Program-made: the position numbers and the translations under genes
Notes under the pieces: generated by a model
The model's input: the letters and a program-made list of their open reading frames with translations, nothing else
Told to the model about the DNA's origin: nothing
The model's database searches: none
Shown here: positions 10,885-21,693 of the stretch, piece by piece
How positions within the stretch are numbered: position 1 is the first letter of the stretch
Layout: every line of letters starts with the position of its first letter
Assembly: GCA_039588275.1 (NCBI GenBank)
Contig: JBDHAC010000020.1
Coordinates: forward strand, 1-56,554
Direction of reading: 5' to 3'
Origin: Gemmatimonadota bacterium
GTDB lineage: Bacteria; Gemmatimonadota; Gemmatimonadetes; Palauibacterales; Palauibacteraceae
Length of the DNA: 56,554 nt

Positions 10885-11550
10885 GTGCGTCTGATTCTCA
10901 TGGGTCCGCCGGGGGCCGGGAAGGGGACGCAGGGTGATCGGTTGGCCGCTCGCCTCGGTGTGCCACGTCTATCCACGGGCGACATGCTTCGCGACGCACA
11001 GCGGGCCGGGACACTCCTGGGCGAGGAAGCAAAACGGTACATGGATGCCGGCGAGCTCGTGCCCGACGATGTCATACTCGGTCTGATCGGGGAGGCGTTC
11101 GACCGTCCGGAGAGCACGACCGGGTTCATCCTGGACGGCTTTCCTCGCACGGTCGCACAAGCGGAGGGGCTGGCTCGCACCCTCGAGACGCGGGGTCAAT
11201 CGCTGGACGCCGTCGTGACTCTCGAGGTGGCGGACGAGGAGTTGGTTGCACGGCTGTCGGGGCGCCGCGTGTGTGACTCGTGCGGACACGTCACGCACAC
11301 CACCCTGGTGGGCGAGTCGGAGATGTGCGACCAGTGTGGCGGGCGACTGGTCCAAAGGAGCGATGACCGCGCCGAGACGGTCCGTCGGCGGCTTGAGGTC
11401 TACCGGGAGCAGACCGAGCCGGTCCTGGATTGGTACACGGCCTCGAGCGTCGTGCTTACAGCGGTGGATGGAACCGGCACGAAGGACGACGTCGCCAGGC
11501 GACTCGTCGATCTCCTGCTCGAGGCATCGACCGGGGAAGCGCGCGGATGA
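10885..11550 (+). CDS. adk: Adenylate kinase with Zn-type LID
   Basis: GPPGAGKGTQ, STGDMLR, ILDGFPRT, CDSC...CDQC LID. Confidence 0.98.
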   Translation: MRLILMGPPGAGKGTQGDRLAARLGVPRLSTGDMLRDAQRAGTLLGEEAKRYMDAGELVPDDVILGLIGEAFDRPESTTGFILDGFPRTVAQAEGLARTLETRGQSLDAVVTLEVADEELVARLSGRRVCDSCGHVTHTTLVGESEMCDQCGGRLVQRSDDRAETVRRRLEVYREQTEPVLDWYTASSVVLTAVDGTGTKDDVARRLVDLLLEASTGEARG

Positions 11551-12326
11551 TCCGGCTCAAGTCGAAGGGCGAGTTGGACGCGATCGCGGAGGCCGGGATC
11601 ATCGTGGGTGAGACATTGGCGCTGGTTGCCGAGATGGCGCTGCCGGACGTGTCCACCGGATCGCTGGACACCGCGGCCGAGGAGGTCATTCGCTCGCGAA
11701 AGGGGGCGACGCCGGCGTTCAAGGGTCTGTACGGTTTTCCCGCGACGTTGTGCACGAGCGTCAACCACGAGGTCGTGCACGGGATTCCATCGCAGGAACG
11801 GCACCTGGAGGCCGGCGACATCCTGAGCGTGGACGTCGGAGTACGGCTGGATGGGTTTTTCGCCGACGCCGCCGTGACGCTTCCGATCGGCCAGGTCTCG
11901 GCCGAGACGCACCGTCTCCTCGATGTCACGGAGGAGGCGCTCGAAATCGGGATTCAGCAGACTCGGGTCGGCAACCGCCTGGGCGATCTGGGGGCGGCTA
12001 TCCAGGCTCGCGTCGAGGATGCCGGGTTCAGCGTGATCCGCGAGCTGGTCGGGCATGGTGTGGGTGAGGCGCCGCACGAGGAGCCCCAGGTGCCGAACTA
12101 CGGGACCCCCGGTCGGGGTCCGAAGATGGAGGAAGGGCTGGTCATCGCGATCGAGCCGATGGTCAATATGGGCCATCGGGGGATCCGTACGCTCAAAGAC
12201 GGTTGGACCGTCGTGACCGCGGACGGAGGTCTGTCCGCGCACTTCGAGCACACCGTCGCCGTGACGGCGAACGGGCCAAGAGTGCTGACGACCACACCTA
12301 GTCGAACTTCTGCCGGAGAGCGGTGA
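11547..12326 (+). CDS. map: Methionine aminopeptidase type I
   Basis: ATG 11547 (ATGA overlap); [35 protein letters not shown]. Confidence 0.98.
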   Translation: MIRLKSKGELDAIAEAGIIVGETLALVAEMALPDVSTGSLDTAAEEVIRSRKGATPAFKGLYGFPATLCTSVNHEVVHGIPSQERHLEAGDILSVDVGVRLDGFFADAAVTLPIGQVSAETHRLLDVTEEALEIGIQQTRVGNRLGDLGAAIQARVEDAGFSVIRELVGHGVGEAPHEEPQVPNYGTPGRGPKMEEGLVIAIEPMVNMGHRGIRTLKDGWTVVTADGGLSAHFEHTVAVTANGPRVLTTTPSRTSAGER

Positions 12327-12327
12327 G

Positions 12328-12546
12328 TTGGCGAAGGAAGAACCGATCCAGATGACGGGGCAGGTCGTCGAGGCCCTGCCCAACGCGATGTTCCGCGTCG
12401 AGCTGGAGAACGGACACGAGATTACGTGCCACGTCTCCGGCAAGATCCGGATGAACTACATCCGGATCCTCCCAGGAGACAAGGTCGCGGTGGAGCTCTC
12501 ACCATACGACCTGACGAAGGGTCGGATCACTTACCGATACAAGTGA
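12328..12546 (+). CDS. infA: Translation initiation factor IF-1
   Basis: [40 protein letters not shown]. Confidence 0.99.
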   Translation: MAKEEPIQMTGQVVEALPNAMFRVELENGHEITCHVSGKIRMNYIRILPGDKVAVELSPYDLTKGRITYRYK

Positions 12547-12565
12547 TCCGGCGGGTCGACGTGAT

Positions 12566-12594
12566 TTGATCGGCTGGAAATGCAAGGATATATT
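12566..12594 (+). promoter_or_regulatory. Sigma70-type promoter for rpmJ-rpsM-rpsK-rpsD-rpoA-rplQ
   Basis: TTGATC-17 nt-TATATT in an AT-rich spacer about 50 nt before rpmJ. Confidence 0.6.
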
Positions 12595-12643
12595 ACAAGG
12601 CTTACATCGAAACGGGCGTCGGCCCCAGGGTCCGGAAGTCTAA

Positions 12644-12760
12644 ATGAAGGTTCGTTCCAGCGTTAAGCGGATTTGCGAGCATTGCAAGATCATTCGCCGC
12701 CGCGGTGTGGTGCGGGTGATCTGCAGCCGGAATCCCAAGCACAAGCAACGGCAGGGGTGA
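12644..12760 (+). CDS. rpmJ: 50S ribosomal protein L36 (not in ORF track)
   Basis: Manual translation [38 protein letters not shown]. Confidence 0.98.
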   Translation: MKVRSSVKRICEHCKIIRRRGVVRVICSRNPKHKQRQG

Positions 12761-12828
12761 GCCTGTCGCGCGCCCCCGCCACGGGGAGCGGATCGGCGCT
12801 GTCGAGGTCCACAGGAGAGGCGTAACGG

Positions 12829-13209
12829 ATGGCACGCATAGCTGGTATCGATCTACCGCGGGACAAGCGGATCGAGGTGGGCCTCACATACATCTACGGG
12901 ATCGGACACTCTACCGCACAGGCAATCCTCGCCGAGACGGCGGTGGATCCCGACCTGCGGGTGCACGAGTTGTCCGACGACGATGTCAACAAGCTCCGTC
13001 GGGTCATCGAAGCCCATTACAAGGTCGAGGGGGCGCTCCGCACCGAGGTGTCCATGAACATCAAGCGATTGATGGACATCGGGTGCTACAGAGGTTTGCG
13101 GCACCGCCGCGGCTTACCCGTCCGTGGACAACGGACTCACACGAACGCTCGAACCCGCAAGGGGCCGCGCCGGACGGTTGCCGGAAAGAAGAAAGCCCCC
13201 AGGAAGTAG
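12829..13209 (+). CDS. rpsM: 30S ribosomal protein S13
   Basis: [37 protein letters not shown]. Confidence 0.99.
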   Translation: MARIAGIDLPRDKRIEVGLTYIYGIGHSTAQAILAETAVDPDLRVHELSDDDVNKLRRVIEAHYKVEGALRTEVSMNIKRLMDIGCYRGLRHRRGLPVRGQRTHTNARTRKGPRRTVAGKKKAPRK

Positions 13210-13236
13210 TGCGGGCGAACACGGATACGAGAGTGC

Positions 13237-13605
13237 ATGGCTAAGAAACGCCGCAACGTCGACGCCGAAGGGGTGGCGCACATCAAGGCGACGTTCAACA
13301 ACACGATCATCACGATCACCACGAACAACGGCGATACGATCGCCTGGGCGAGTGCCGGCAAGGCCGGGTTCAAGGGCTCGAAGAAATCAACGCCATTCGC
13401 TGCGACGATTGCGGCGGAGACAGCTGCCCGGGAAGCCGTCGGCATGGGGATGAAGCGGGTGCACGTCGAGGTCCAGGGACCTGGCTCGGGGCGTGAATCC
13501 GCGATCCAGGCGTTGCAGGCGGCAGGTCTCACGATCCGCTCGATCAAGGACGTCACGCCGATTCCGCACAACGGCTGCCGTCCGCCGAAGAAGCGGAGGG
13601 TCTGA
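13237..13605 (+). CDS. rpsK: 30S ribosomal protein S11
   Basis: [32 protein letters not shown]. Confidence 0.99.
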   Translation: MAKKRRNVDAEGVAHIKATFNNTIITITTNNGDTIAWASAGKAGFKGSKKSTPFAATIAAETAAREAVGMGMKRVHVEVQGPGSGRESAIQALQAAGLTIRSIKDVTPIPHNGCRPPKKRRV

Positions 13606-14237
13606 TGGCGCGCTACACGGGCCCTTCCTGTCGACTCTGCCGCCGCGAAGGTGAGAAGCTCTTCCTGAAGGGGAAACGCTGCTTCACCGAGAAGTGCGGC
13701 GTCGAGCGCAAGGGCTATCCGCCCGGTGAACACGGCGGGGGACGTCGTCGTCGCCGTCAATCCGAGTACGCGGTCCAGCTTCGCGAGAAGCAGAAGGTGA
13801 AGCGAATCTACGGAATCGGCGAGAAGCAGTTCCGCAACCTCTTTCGGAAGGCGGCTCGCGTCCCGGGCGTCACGGGCGAGAACCTGCTCGTGGCCCTCGA
13901 GAGCCGTCTCGACAACATCGTGTATCGATTGGGCTTCGCGCCGTCGCGGAAGGCGGCGCGACAGTTGATACGGCATGGCCACGTTCGGCTCGATGGAAGC
14001 ACGGTGGATATCCCGAGCTATGTCGTCGCGCCGGGCTCGGAGATCGCCATTGCCCCGCACGCGGTTGAGATACCCGTCGTGAAAGAGGCCGTGGAGGATC
14101 GAAAGAACCGCGACCAGCTCTCGTGGCTCGGTGTGGACTACGCCACGGTCTCCGGCCGCATGCTGGAGCGGCCTTCCCGGGCGGACATTCCGCTGGCAGT
14201 CGAAGAGCAGCTGATCGTGGAGTTGTACAGCAAGTAG
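13605..14237 (+). CDS. rpsD: 30S ribosomal protein S4 (C4 zinc form)
   Basis: [38 protein letters not shown]. Confidence 0.99.
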   Translation: MARYTGPSCRLCRREGEKLFLKGKRCFTEKCGVERKGYPPGEHGGGRRRRRQSEYAVQLREKQKVKRIYGIGEKQFRNLFRKAARVPGVTGENLLVALESRLDNIVYRLGFAPSRKAARQLIRHGHVRLDGSTVDIPSYVVAPGSEIAIAPHAVEIPVVKEAVEDRKNRDQLSWLGVDYATVSGRMLERPSRADIPLAVEEQLIVELYSK

Positions 14238-14383
14238 AAATCGGACGACCTCCGCTCCGTCGGAGGGGATTGCACCAGACTGGCTCGAGGTCGGGGAACG
14301 AGCCTTCAGCATCTGAGACGGCGGCCCGGCGTTCAGCGGTGGCCTGCCAGGATTTCCACACGGGGAAACGAGGCTAGATCGAT

Positions 14384-15484
14384 ATGTCAGTGGCGGTGGA
14401 TCTCACCGGGCTTGTGTTGCCGGAAGCGATGGAGGAGCAGCGGCGCTCCGAAGACGGGCATCGCGCATTCTTCGTGCTGCAACCGCTGGAGCGCGGTTAT
14501 GGGCACACTATCGGGAACTCGATGCGAAGAATCTTGCTCTCGTCACTGCCCGGGACAGCCGTCTGGGCGTTTCGAGCTGATGGGGTTCAGCACGAGCACC
14601 AGACCATCGACGGCGTGGCCGAGGACGTGCACCAGGTCATCCAGGAGCTCAAGAGGCTGGTTCTATTCCTGGACCCTGACGTTGAAGACGCGAAGCTGGA
14701 GCTGAGCGTCCACGAGGCCGGTCCCGTGCGCGCGGCACAGATCACCAAGCACGCGGCCGTCGAGATCGTCAACAAGGACCACGTTCTCTTCACCCTGCAG
14801 GAGAAACTGCCGGAGGGCCGGCCGATGACCCTGGACTTCTGGGTGAACCGTGGCCGCGGGTTCGTGATGGCGGATCAACACGAGCTGCCGGAAGATGCTC
14901 CGGTCGGGATGATCAGAATCGATTCCCAGTACAACCCGGTCGTACGGGCGAACTTCTCGGTGCACGAGACGCGCGTCGGACAGCGCACCGATTTCGACCG
15001 GCTCGAAGTGGATGTGCAGACGAACGGGGCTCTGGACCCGGCAGACGCTATGCGTCACGCGGCCGAGATCGCACGCTTGCACCTCGGGTACCTGGCCGAG
15101 TCGGGGATCGTGCCATCGCTGTCCGAGGCCCCTCCCGGAGATGCCGAGCTGGGCTCCGATCGTCAGCCGCTGGCGGACGAGCAGAGGAGCGTCCTCGAGC
15201 AATCGCTGGACCAGTTCGAGCAGATCTCCGCGCGGTCGCGGAACACCCTCGAGAAGGAGAACATCCGATCACTCGCGGACATCGCGGGCCGGTCCCGCGA
15301 CGAGATGCTTCAGGTCCCGAACTTCGGCGAGAAGTCGCTCGAAGAGATCGCCGAGGTGTTGGCGCTGCACGGCCTGCATTTCGGCATGTCCTTCGAGCAG
15401 GATGACGACGGGAACATGTACTATGCCGAGGAGTCCGGTGGAAACGGCGCCGGCGGCGAGGTCTTGAGCGACGATGAGGCATAG
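14384..15484 (+). CDS. rpoA: RNA polymerase alpha subunit
   Basis: [43 protein letters not shown]; between rpsD and rplQ. Confidence 0.98.
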   Translation: MSVAVDLTGLVLPEAMEEQRRSEDGHRAFFVLQPLERGYGHTIGNSMRRILLSSLPGTAVWAFRADGVQHEHQTIDGVAEDVHQVIQELKRLVLFLDPDVEDAKLELSVHEAGPVRAAQITKHAAVEIVNKDHVLFTLQEKLPEGRPMTLDFWVNRGRGFVMADQHELPEDAPVGMIRIDSQYNPVVRANFSVHETRVGQRTDFDRLEVDVQTNGALDPADAMRHAAEIARLHLGYLAESGIVPSLSEAPPGDAELGSDRQPLADEQRSVLEQSLDQFEQISARSRNTLEKENIRSLADIAGRSRDEMLQVPNFGEKSLEEIAEVLALHGLHFGMSFEQDDDGNMYYAEESGGNGAGGEVLSDDEA

Positions 15485-15836
15485 GAAGAAAGGGCGCGAG
15501 CTCGGACGGACTCGCAGCCACAGGCGCGCCATGTTGCGAAACATGGTGACAAGCCTGTTCCTACATGAGCGCATACGGACGACGGAGGCGAAGGCGCGCG
15601 AGCTCCGGCCGGTGGCGGAGCGACTGATCACGCTGGCGAAGAAGGGCGACCTGCACTCGCGTCGCCAGGCCGGGCGGTACATTGCGGATCGCGATGTATT
15701 GCAGAAATTGTTCGACCAGATCGGCCCCCGCTTCCAGGATCGCCCGGGCGGATACACGCGGATACTCAAGCTGGGTGCCCGGCAGGGCGATGGCGCCGAA
15801 CTGGCCCTGATCGAACTCACGGAATTGGGCGGTTGA
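15474..15836 (+). CDS. rplQ: 50S ribosomal protein L17
   Basis: [30 protein letters not shown]. Confidence 0.99.
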   Translation: MRHRKKGRELGRTRSHRRAMLRNMVTSLFLHERIRTTEAKARELRPVAERLITLAKKGDLHSRRQAGRYIADRDVLQKLFDQIGPRFQDRPGGYTRILKLGARQGDGAELALIELTELGG

Positions 15837-15855
15837 CGGCATCGGCGCGATCGCG

Positions 15856-16380
15856 ATGGACGTCACGGCACCGGAGAGAAAGGCACGTTCGATGACGAGC
15901 AAAGGCGAGGGAGGGATCGGCACACTGCTCAGCATCGTCGCCCTCGTGGCGATCGGGGTGTTTCTCGTGTGGCTGTATCGTGAGTCAAGCCAGATCGAGA
16001 CCACGACGATCGAGCCTGAAGAGGAGGTAATGATCACCGCCGGAGACATTCTGGCTGATCCCTCGGCCGCGATCGGGCGCCGAGCGAGCCTCGACTCGAT
16101 TCCGGTGACGACCGGCCTCGGCCAGGGGGCTTTCGCGCTCACCCTGTCCGAGTCGATGTCTTACCCCGTGTTGATGACTGCGGACGCGATTCAGCGACTC
16201 CGGGCGACCGGGATCAGCGTGTTCGGCGGCGACGTCGTGTACGTACGCGGACAGATCTACACGATGAACGATTCCATCGCGTCCGAATGGATCAGGCAGG
16301 GTGCCGTGGACCAGGCGATGGCAGGTAGCCTGCCCGCCACGGTGAGCTTCCTCCTGGCTGACTCGGTCTTGGTCTACTAG
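15856..16380 (+). CDS. Hypothetical membrane-anchored protein (one N-terminal TM, extracytoplasmic domain)
   Basis: ORF fills the rplQ-rpmB gap; hydrophobic [20 protein letters not shown]; start may be ATG 15892. Confidence 0.75.
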   Translation: MDVTAPERKARSMTSKGEGGIGTLLSIVALVAIGVFLVWLYRESSQIETTTIEPEEEVMITAGDILADPSAAIGRRASLDSIPVTTGLGQGAFALTLSESMSYPVLMTADAIQRLRATGISVFGGDVVYVRGQIYTMNDSIASEWIRQGAVDQAMAGSLPATVSFLLADSVLVY

Positions 16381-16391
16381 GGCGGTCGAGA

Positions 16392-16583
16392 ATGGCGAAC
16401 TTCTGCGAGGTGTGTGGGAAAGGACCGGGGACCGGGAACCGGGTCAGCAACGCGAACAATCGCACCAAGCGACGGTTCATGCCGAACCTGCAGCGCGTGC
16501 GCGTAGTCGTGGATGGAACCCGGCGACACATGCGTGTCTGTACGCGGTGCCTCAAGGCGGGCAAAGTCCGCAAGGGCGCCTGA
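16392..16583 (+). CDS. rpmB: 50S ribosomal protein L28 (CxxC form)
   Basis: [23 protein letters not shown]...[11 protein letters not shown]. Confidence 0.97.
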   Translation: MANFCEVCGKGPGTGNRVSNANNRTKRRFMPNLQRVRVVVDGTRRHMRVCTRCLKAGKVRKGA

Positions 16584-16697
16584 ACCACTCCCTCGGCCCA
16601 CGCACGCCGAACTCGCGGTGAGCCACGAACGTTGGCAGAACGCCCGCGCCCTCTCCTCCGAAGTAGCTACGCTCCGTTCCGAAGCCGCTGAGCACCT

Positions 16698-17690
16698 ATG
16701 AGGGCTGCCGTCAGCGGCGGTGACGGGTTCATCGGCCAACACCTGATCTCCTGGCTGCTCGCCTCGGGTGACGAGGTATCGGCATCGACTCTCGAACCTG
16801 GCCCGGATCTCCGTACACTCACGCCGCGCGAAGCCGAGGCCGTCGACTGGCGGACCGCGAACGTGCTCGATGCAGACGCCCTGAGCCGTCTAGTCCGGGA
16901 CCTCCGGCCCGACTGCCTCTACCATCTGGCGGGCTTCTCGTCCGGTGCGCGCGCGCGCGAGGCGCCAGCCGAGGCCCTGCGAGTGAATGCGGGGGGGACT
17001 CTGAACCTGCTGGAAGCGGTGATCGATGCGCGTCGCGCGGATCCATCCTTCGACCCTACGATCCTCCTGGTGAGCTCCGCCGACGCCTACGGCCCTCCAC
17101 CGGACCCCACGGCCCCCTTTCGCGAAGAGGATCCGCTCAGACCCGCCACGAGCTACGGCGTCTCGAAGGCCGCGATGGAGATGGTGGCGCACGCCTATCG
17201 GGCTGCGAGTTCGCTCCGCATCATAGTGGTCCGGTTGTTCCCGCTCCTCGGACCCGGGCAAGGATCGGACTTCGTACTGCCGTCCGTATGTCTACAGGTG
17301 GCGCGTATCGCGGCCGGGGCAGTGGAACCGGTCTTGCACACGGGAAACCTTTATATCGAGAGGGATTTCACGGATGTGTGCGATGGAGTCAGGGGGCTGC
17401 GGTTGCTTGCCGAACCGGGGACGGCGGAGATGACGTACAATCTCTGTTCCGGTCAGACGCTGCCGATCGGGCGACTCGTGGAATGGGTGCTCGAAGAGGC
17501 CGGTGTCGAGGTGGAACTGCGTCCTGACCCCGAGCGTCTGCGCCCCGAAGAGCCCCTGTGGGTGTGCGGTGACCCGGAACGCCTCGAAAAGGCCACGGGG
17601 TGGGCGCCCAAACGCAGTCTCAGGGCCGCCGTGCGTGACACGTACACGAGCATCGCGCGGTCTCACACCGAAGCTACCGGAGGACAATGA
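16698..17690 (+). CDS. Extended SDR nucleotide-sugar enzyme, GDP-mannose dehydratase/Rmd-like
   Basis: GGDGFIG Rossmann, YHLAG, YGVSK catalytic motif, TGNL...RDFTDV, YNLCSG. Confidence 0.8.
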   Translation: MRAAVSGGDGFIGQHLISWLLASGDEVSASTLEPGPDLRTLTPREAEAVDWRTANVLDADALSRLVRDLRPDCLYHLAGFSSGARAREAPAEALRVNAGGTLNLLEAVIDARRADPSFDPTILLVSSADAYGPPPDPTAPFREEDPLRPATSYGVSKAAMEMVAHAYRAASSLRIIVVRLFPLLGPGQGSDFVLPSVCLQVARIAAGAVEPVLHTGNLYIERDFTDVCDGVRGLRLLAEPGTAEMTYNLCSGQTLPIGRLVEWVLEEAGVEVELRPDPERLRPEEPLWVCGDPERLEKATGWAPKRSLRAAVRDTYTSIARSHTEATGGQ

Positions 17691-19003
17691 TGGAAGTGAC
17701 GGTGATCGGGACGGGGTACGTCGGCCTCGTGGTGGGATCCTGTCTCGCCGAGGCCGGAAACCGCGTTACGTGCGCGGATATCGATGAGGACAAGATCGCG
17801 CGTCTCAACAAGGGCGAGGTTCCGATTTACGAGCCGGGTCTGGGTCGCCTGCTCAAGCACAACCTCGCTGAGGGGCGTCTGTGCTTCACCACCGATGCGG
17901 CAGAGGGCATACAGGTGGCGGACGTGATCTTCGTCGCCGTCGGAACTCCCCCGGGAGATGACGGGTCCGCCAACCTGGAGCACGTGCGGGCGGCGGCACG
18001 CACGATAGGCGACCACATCCTACCCGATGCGGTCGTGATCATGAAAAGCACAGTCCCCGTCGGGACGAGCGAGATCGTACGTCAGGAGGTGTCCAGCCGC
18101 ACCGACTCCAACTTCTACATGTGCTCTAACCCCGAGTTCTTGAAGGAGGGCGCGGCGGTCGACGACTTCATGTACCCGGACCGAATCGTGTGCGGGGTGG
18201 ATGCGACGCCGGCCCGGGAGCGGCTCGAGGAGTTGTATGAGCCGTTCGTTCGCTCGGGGAACCCCGTGATCTTCATGGATATCGCGTCGGCGGAGATGAC
18301 GAAGTACGCGGCCAACGCCATGCTGGCTACGCGGATCAGCTTCATGAATCAGATCGCGGAGCTGTGCGAGAGGACTGGAGCGGACGTGGAACTGGTGCGC
18401 CGTGGGATCGGATCGGACAAGAGGATTGGCCAGTCATTCCTGTACGCGGGCACGGGGTATGGGGGGAGCTGCTTCCCGAAGGATGTGCTCGCGCTGATCC
18501 AGACCGCCGATGAAAACGACGTCGATCTGACGGTGCTCAGGGCCGTGCACGAAACGAACGAGCGCCAGAAAGCCGTGTTGCTCGACAAGGTTCGCGATCA
18601 CTTCGGCGCCGACCTCGACGGCCTGCGCTTCGCGGTTTGGGGTCTGGCCTTCAAGCCGGAGACCGACGATATGCGCGCGGCCCCATCCCTGGCCATTATC
18701 GACGGTCTGTTGAAGGGCGGCGCGGAGGTGGCCGTTCACGATCCGGTCGCGATGGACGCCGCCAAGGAGTACTGGCTCGGTGACGTGGTGGAGTATGCGA
18801 GCGATGAGTACTCGGCGTGCGGCGGCGCGGACGCGCTGGTCCTGGTCACGGAATGGCTGCAATACCGGCGGCCCGACTGGGAGGCCGTCAAGAGCGCCAT
18901 GCGTCACCACGTGATATTCGACGGCCGCAACATCTTCGAGCCGAGCCGGATGCGCACGATAGGGTTCGACTACTATTCAATCGGGCGGGGGCGAGTCCAG
19001 TGA
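17687..19003 (+). CDS. ugd: UDP-glucose 6-dehydrogenase
   Basis: [41 protein letters not shown]. Confidence 0.95.
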   Translation: MMEVTVIGTGYVGLVVGSCLAEAGNRVTCADIDEDKIARLNKGEVPIYEPGLGRLLKHNLAEGRLCFTTDAAEGIQVADVIFVAVGTPPGDDGSANLEHVRAAARTIGDHILPDAVVIMKSTVPVGTSEIVRQEVSSRTDSNFYMCSNPEFLKEGAAVDDFMYPDRIVCGVDATPARERLEELYEPFVRSGNPVIFMDIASAEMTKYAANAMLATRISFMNQIAELCERTGADVELVRRGIGSDKRIGQSFLYAGTGYGGSCFPKDVLALIQTADENDVDLTVLRAVHETNERQKAVLLDKVRDHFGADLDGLRFAVWGLAFKPETDDMRAAPSLAIIDGLLKGGAEVAVHDPVAMDAAKEYWLGDVVEYASDEYSACGGADALVLVTEWLQYRRPDWEAVKSAMRHHVIFDGRNIFEPSRMRTIGFDYYSIGRGRVQ

Positions 19004-19980
19004 GGCTGCTCGTGACCGGGGCCGCGGGGTTCCTCGGATCCCATCTGAGCGACCGGTTGGTTGCCGAGGGCCACTCCGTGGTCGGGATGGACAACCTGGT
19101 CACGGGGACAACCGCCAACCTGTCTCGGTTGGCCAGCGAGCCACGCTTCGACTTCGTGCAGTGGGATGTCAGCAAGTACATCGAGCTGCCGGGCGAGTTG
19201 GACGGCGTGTTTCACTTCGCCTCTCCGGCCAGCCCGGTCGACTACCTCGAGCTACCCATCCAGACCCTCAAGGTGGGCAGCCTCGGGACACACAACGCGT
19301 TGGGTGTGGCAAAAGCCAAGAACGCCAGGATGTTGCTCGCTTCGACGTCCGAGGTATACGGCGATCCGCTGGTCCACCCGCAGCCGGAAAGCTACTGGGG
19401 AAACGTGAATCCGATCGGCCCCCGGGGCGTTTACGATGAGGCGAAGCGTTTCGCCGAGGCGATCACGATGGCGTACCATCGATACCACGCCGTGGACACC
19501 CGCATCGTGCGCATTTTCAACACGTATGGCCCCCGGATGCGACCCAACGACGGCCGAGTCGTGTCGAACTTCATCGTTCAATCGCTGCTCGGCGAGGCGC
19601 TGACCGTGTACGGAGATGGGACTCAGTCCCGCAGCTTCTGCTACGTGTCCGATCTGATCGACGGGGTGTGGCGCCTGTTCTTCGAGTGCGATGACGCTTC
19701 ACCGGTCAACATCGGCAACCCGAACGAATTCACGATCCTGGAGCTGGCCGAAGCGGTGTTGACGGCGACCGGATCCGTGGTCGAGGTGCGTCACGTCGGC
19801 CTTCCGACCGACGATCCCAAGGTACGAAAGCCCGATATCACTCGAGCCCGCGAGCTGCTCGGCTGGGAGCCGAGCGTGGCGCTGGCCGACGGACTCGGGC
19901 GAACGATCGGCTACTTCCGGGATCTTCAGGAGCGTGGCATGCTGTCGACGCCCCCGGTCCTCACCGAAACAAAGAGCTGA
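19000..19980 (+). CDS. UDP-glucuronate decarboxylase (UDP-xylose synthase) family SDR
   Basis: GTG 19000; [58 protein letters not shown]. Confidence 0.92.
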   Translation: MRLLVTGAAGFLGSHLSDRLVAEGHSVVGMDNLVTGTTANLSRLASEPRFDFVQWDVSKYIELPGELDGVFHFASPASPVDYLELPIQTLKVGSLGTHNALGVAKAKNARMLLASTSEVYGDPLVHPQPESYWGNVNPIGPRGVYDEAKRFAEAITMAYHRYHAVDTRIVRIFNTYGPRMRPNDGRVVSNFIVQSLLGEALTVYGDGTQSRSFCYVSDLIDGVWRLFFECDDASPVNIGNPNEFTILELAEAVLTATGSVVEVRHVGLPTDDPKVRKPDITRARELLGWEPSVALADGLGRTIGYFRDLQERGMLSTPPVLTETKS

Positions 19981-19987
19981 CACCGTA

Positions 19988-20758
19988 ATGGAGGAACGCG
20001 GGGAGCGCCCGAGCGTCTCGGTGGTGATGCCGGTGTACAACGAGGTGGAGACGCTCGACGAGATCGTACGCCGCGTCAACGCCGCGCCCGTAAAGGTCGA
20101 GCTGATCGCCGTCGATGACGGCTCGACGGACGGCTCACGCGAGATCCTGGAACGCCTACAGGCCGAGGGGCTGATCCACAAGCTGCTGCTGCACGAGGCC
20201 AACCAGGGCAAGGGGGCTGCGCTTTCGACGGGCTTTCAGGCTGCGACCTCCGACCTCGTCGTGATCCAGGATGCGGACCTCGAGTATGACCCCGATGAGT
20301 ACCCGTTGCTTTTGGAGCCCATCCTGAGCGACAAAGCCGATGTGGTGTACGGCTCTCGATTCATGGGTGGGCGCCCGCACCGCGTGCTGTACTTCTGGCA
20401 CTATATGGGCAACAGGCTCCTGACTCTGTTCTCGAACATGATCACCAATCTCAACCTCACGGACATGGAGAGCTGCTACAAATGCTTCCGCCGGGAGGTC
20501 CTCAGTGGTCTGAAAGTCGAGGAGCGTGCATTCGGCGTCGAGCCCGAGCTCACCGCGAAGATCGCGCTGGGTGGTTGGCGGGTATACGAGGTGGGGATCT
20601 CTTACGCCGGTCGAACGTACGCGGAAGGTAAGAAGATCACCTGGAGAGACGGCTGGGCGGCAATAGCGTGCATCATTCGGTACGGGTTGATACATCGGGT
20701 CACGCGCAGGCGGGATCGGCGCCGGCGCGCTCCGGCCGAGCCCTCGACGTCGGCGTAG
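19988..20758 (+). CDS. Glycosyltransferase family 2 (DPM1/polyprenol-phosphate sugar transferase-like)
   Basis: ATG 19988; VVMPVYNE, VDDGSTDG, NQGKGAA, IQDADLEYDP, VVYGSRF. Confidence 0.9.
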   Translation: MEERGERPSVSVVMPVYNEVETLDEIVRRVNAAPVKVELIAVDDGSTDGSREILERLQAEGLIHKLLLHEANQGKGAALSTGFQAATSDLVVIQDADLEYDPDEYPLLLEPILSDKADVVYGSRFMGGRPHRVLYFWHYMGNRLLTLFSNMITNLNLTDMESCYKCFRREVLSGLKVEERAFGVEPELTAKIALGGWRVYEVGISYAGRTYAEGKKITWRDGWAAIACIIRYGLIHRVTRRRDRRRRAPAEPSTSA

Positions 20759-20760
20759 GA

Positions 20761-21693
20761 GTGCCGATCGACAGAAGTCGCCCGCGGAGGACCGTCATCG
20801 CTACCTGCCTCGGGGTGGCCGCGGTCATCGCGGGCGGGTGCACCGACGCCGCGGATCGCTCGCTCGCGACAGGCGACCGGTGGATGGGGGTCGGTGATCT
20901 GGACGCCGCGATCGCCGAGTACAAACTCGCCCAGCGGCAGCGCGGCCCCGTCCCGGACATACTGGTACGCCTGGGCCACGTCTACGCGCTTCGCGGTGAT
21001 GTCGACGAGGCACTCGAGTACTTCGAGCCGCTCCTGGAGCAGGACTCGAGCTACCGCTTCCAGGTTGCGACTGATCTAGCCGTGCTGGCGACGGTCGCGC
21101 GCGAGAGGGGCGCTTCGGAGAACATGGCTCGCGCGCTGCAGCCCGTTATCGGCTGGGGGCTCGGGTTCGTACCGCGCGAGCTACAGCCCGCGCTGGCCCA
21201 TCACTACTGGAGCGATGGGGATTATGCGCGCTCGCTCGCCCTCTACCTGTCGGTGATGGACGACTCGGTCGAAGTGGCGCCCAACGCGTACTACGAAGCC
21301 GGCCGCGCCTACGAGGAGCTGAGTGGGTGCGAGCGCGCCCTCCCGTTGTTCGAGACCTACATGTCGCGCGCCAGCCGCCGCGACGAGAATATGGACAGTG
21401 CGCGTTGGCACTACGGCAATTGCCTCTTCCTGGCCGCCGACGAGGACCGCGCCGTAGGGCGCCCCGGCGCGGCGCTGCAGAAGTTGGACGAGATGGTACA
21501 GCTCGGAGTACCGCGCACCTATCTGGACGACGCTCATTTCCTGCGAGGCGAGATGCTGCTGGCGCTGGGCCGGACGGAGTCGGCCCTGGCCGCCTACCAG
21601 CGCGTGCTCGACCTGAATCCCGCGCGCAGCGGTGCTCAAGTACGACGCGCGGAAGAACGAATCCGACAAATACGCTTCGGTTCCGATGAATAG
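20761..21693 (+). CDS. TPR-repeat lipoprotein
   Basis: Probable GTG 20761; signal with lipobox IAGGC; TPR-like helices (AYYEAGRAYE, ARWHYGNCLF, AHFLRGEMLL..G..ESALAAYQRVLDLNP). Confidence 0.8.
   Translation: MPIDRSRPRRTVIATCLGVAAVIAGGCTDAADRSLATGDRWMGVGDLDAAIAEYKLAQRQRGPVPDILVRLGHVYALRGDVDEALEYFEPLLEQDSSYRFQVATDLAVLATVARERGASENMARALQPVIGWGLGFVPRELQPALAHHYWSDGDYARSLALYLSVMDDSVEVAPNAYYEAGRAYEELSGCERALPLFETYMSRASRRDENMDSARWHYGNCLFLAADEDRAVGRPGAALQKLDEMVQLGVPRTYLDDAHFLRGEMLLALGRTESALAAYQRVLDLNPARSGAQVRRAEERIRQIRFGSDE

Noticed and set aside
14238..14383. Hairpins in the rpsD-rpoA spacer as an ncRNA
   Set aside because: Only short 6-bp stems, expected by chance at this GC content; no family motif recognised
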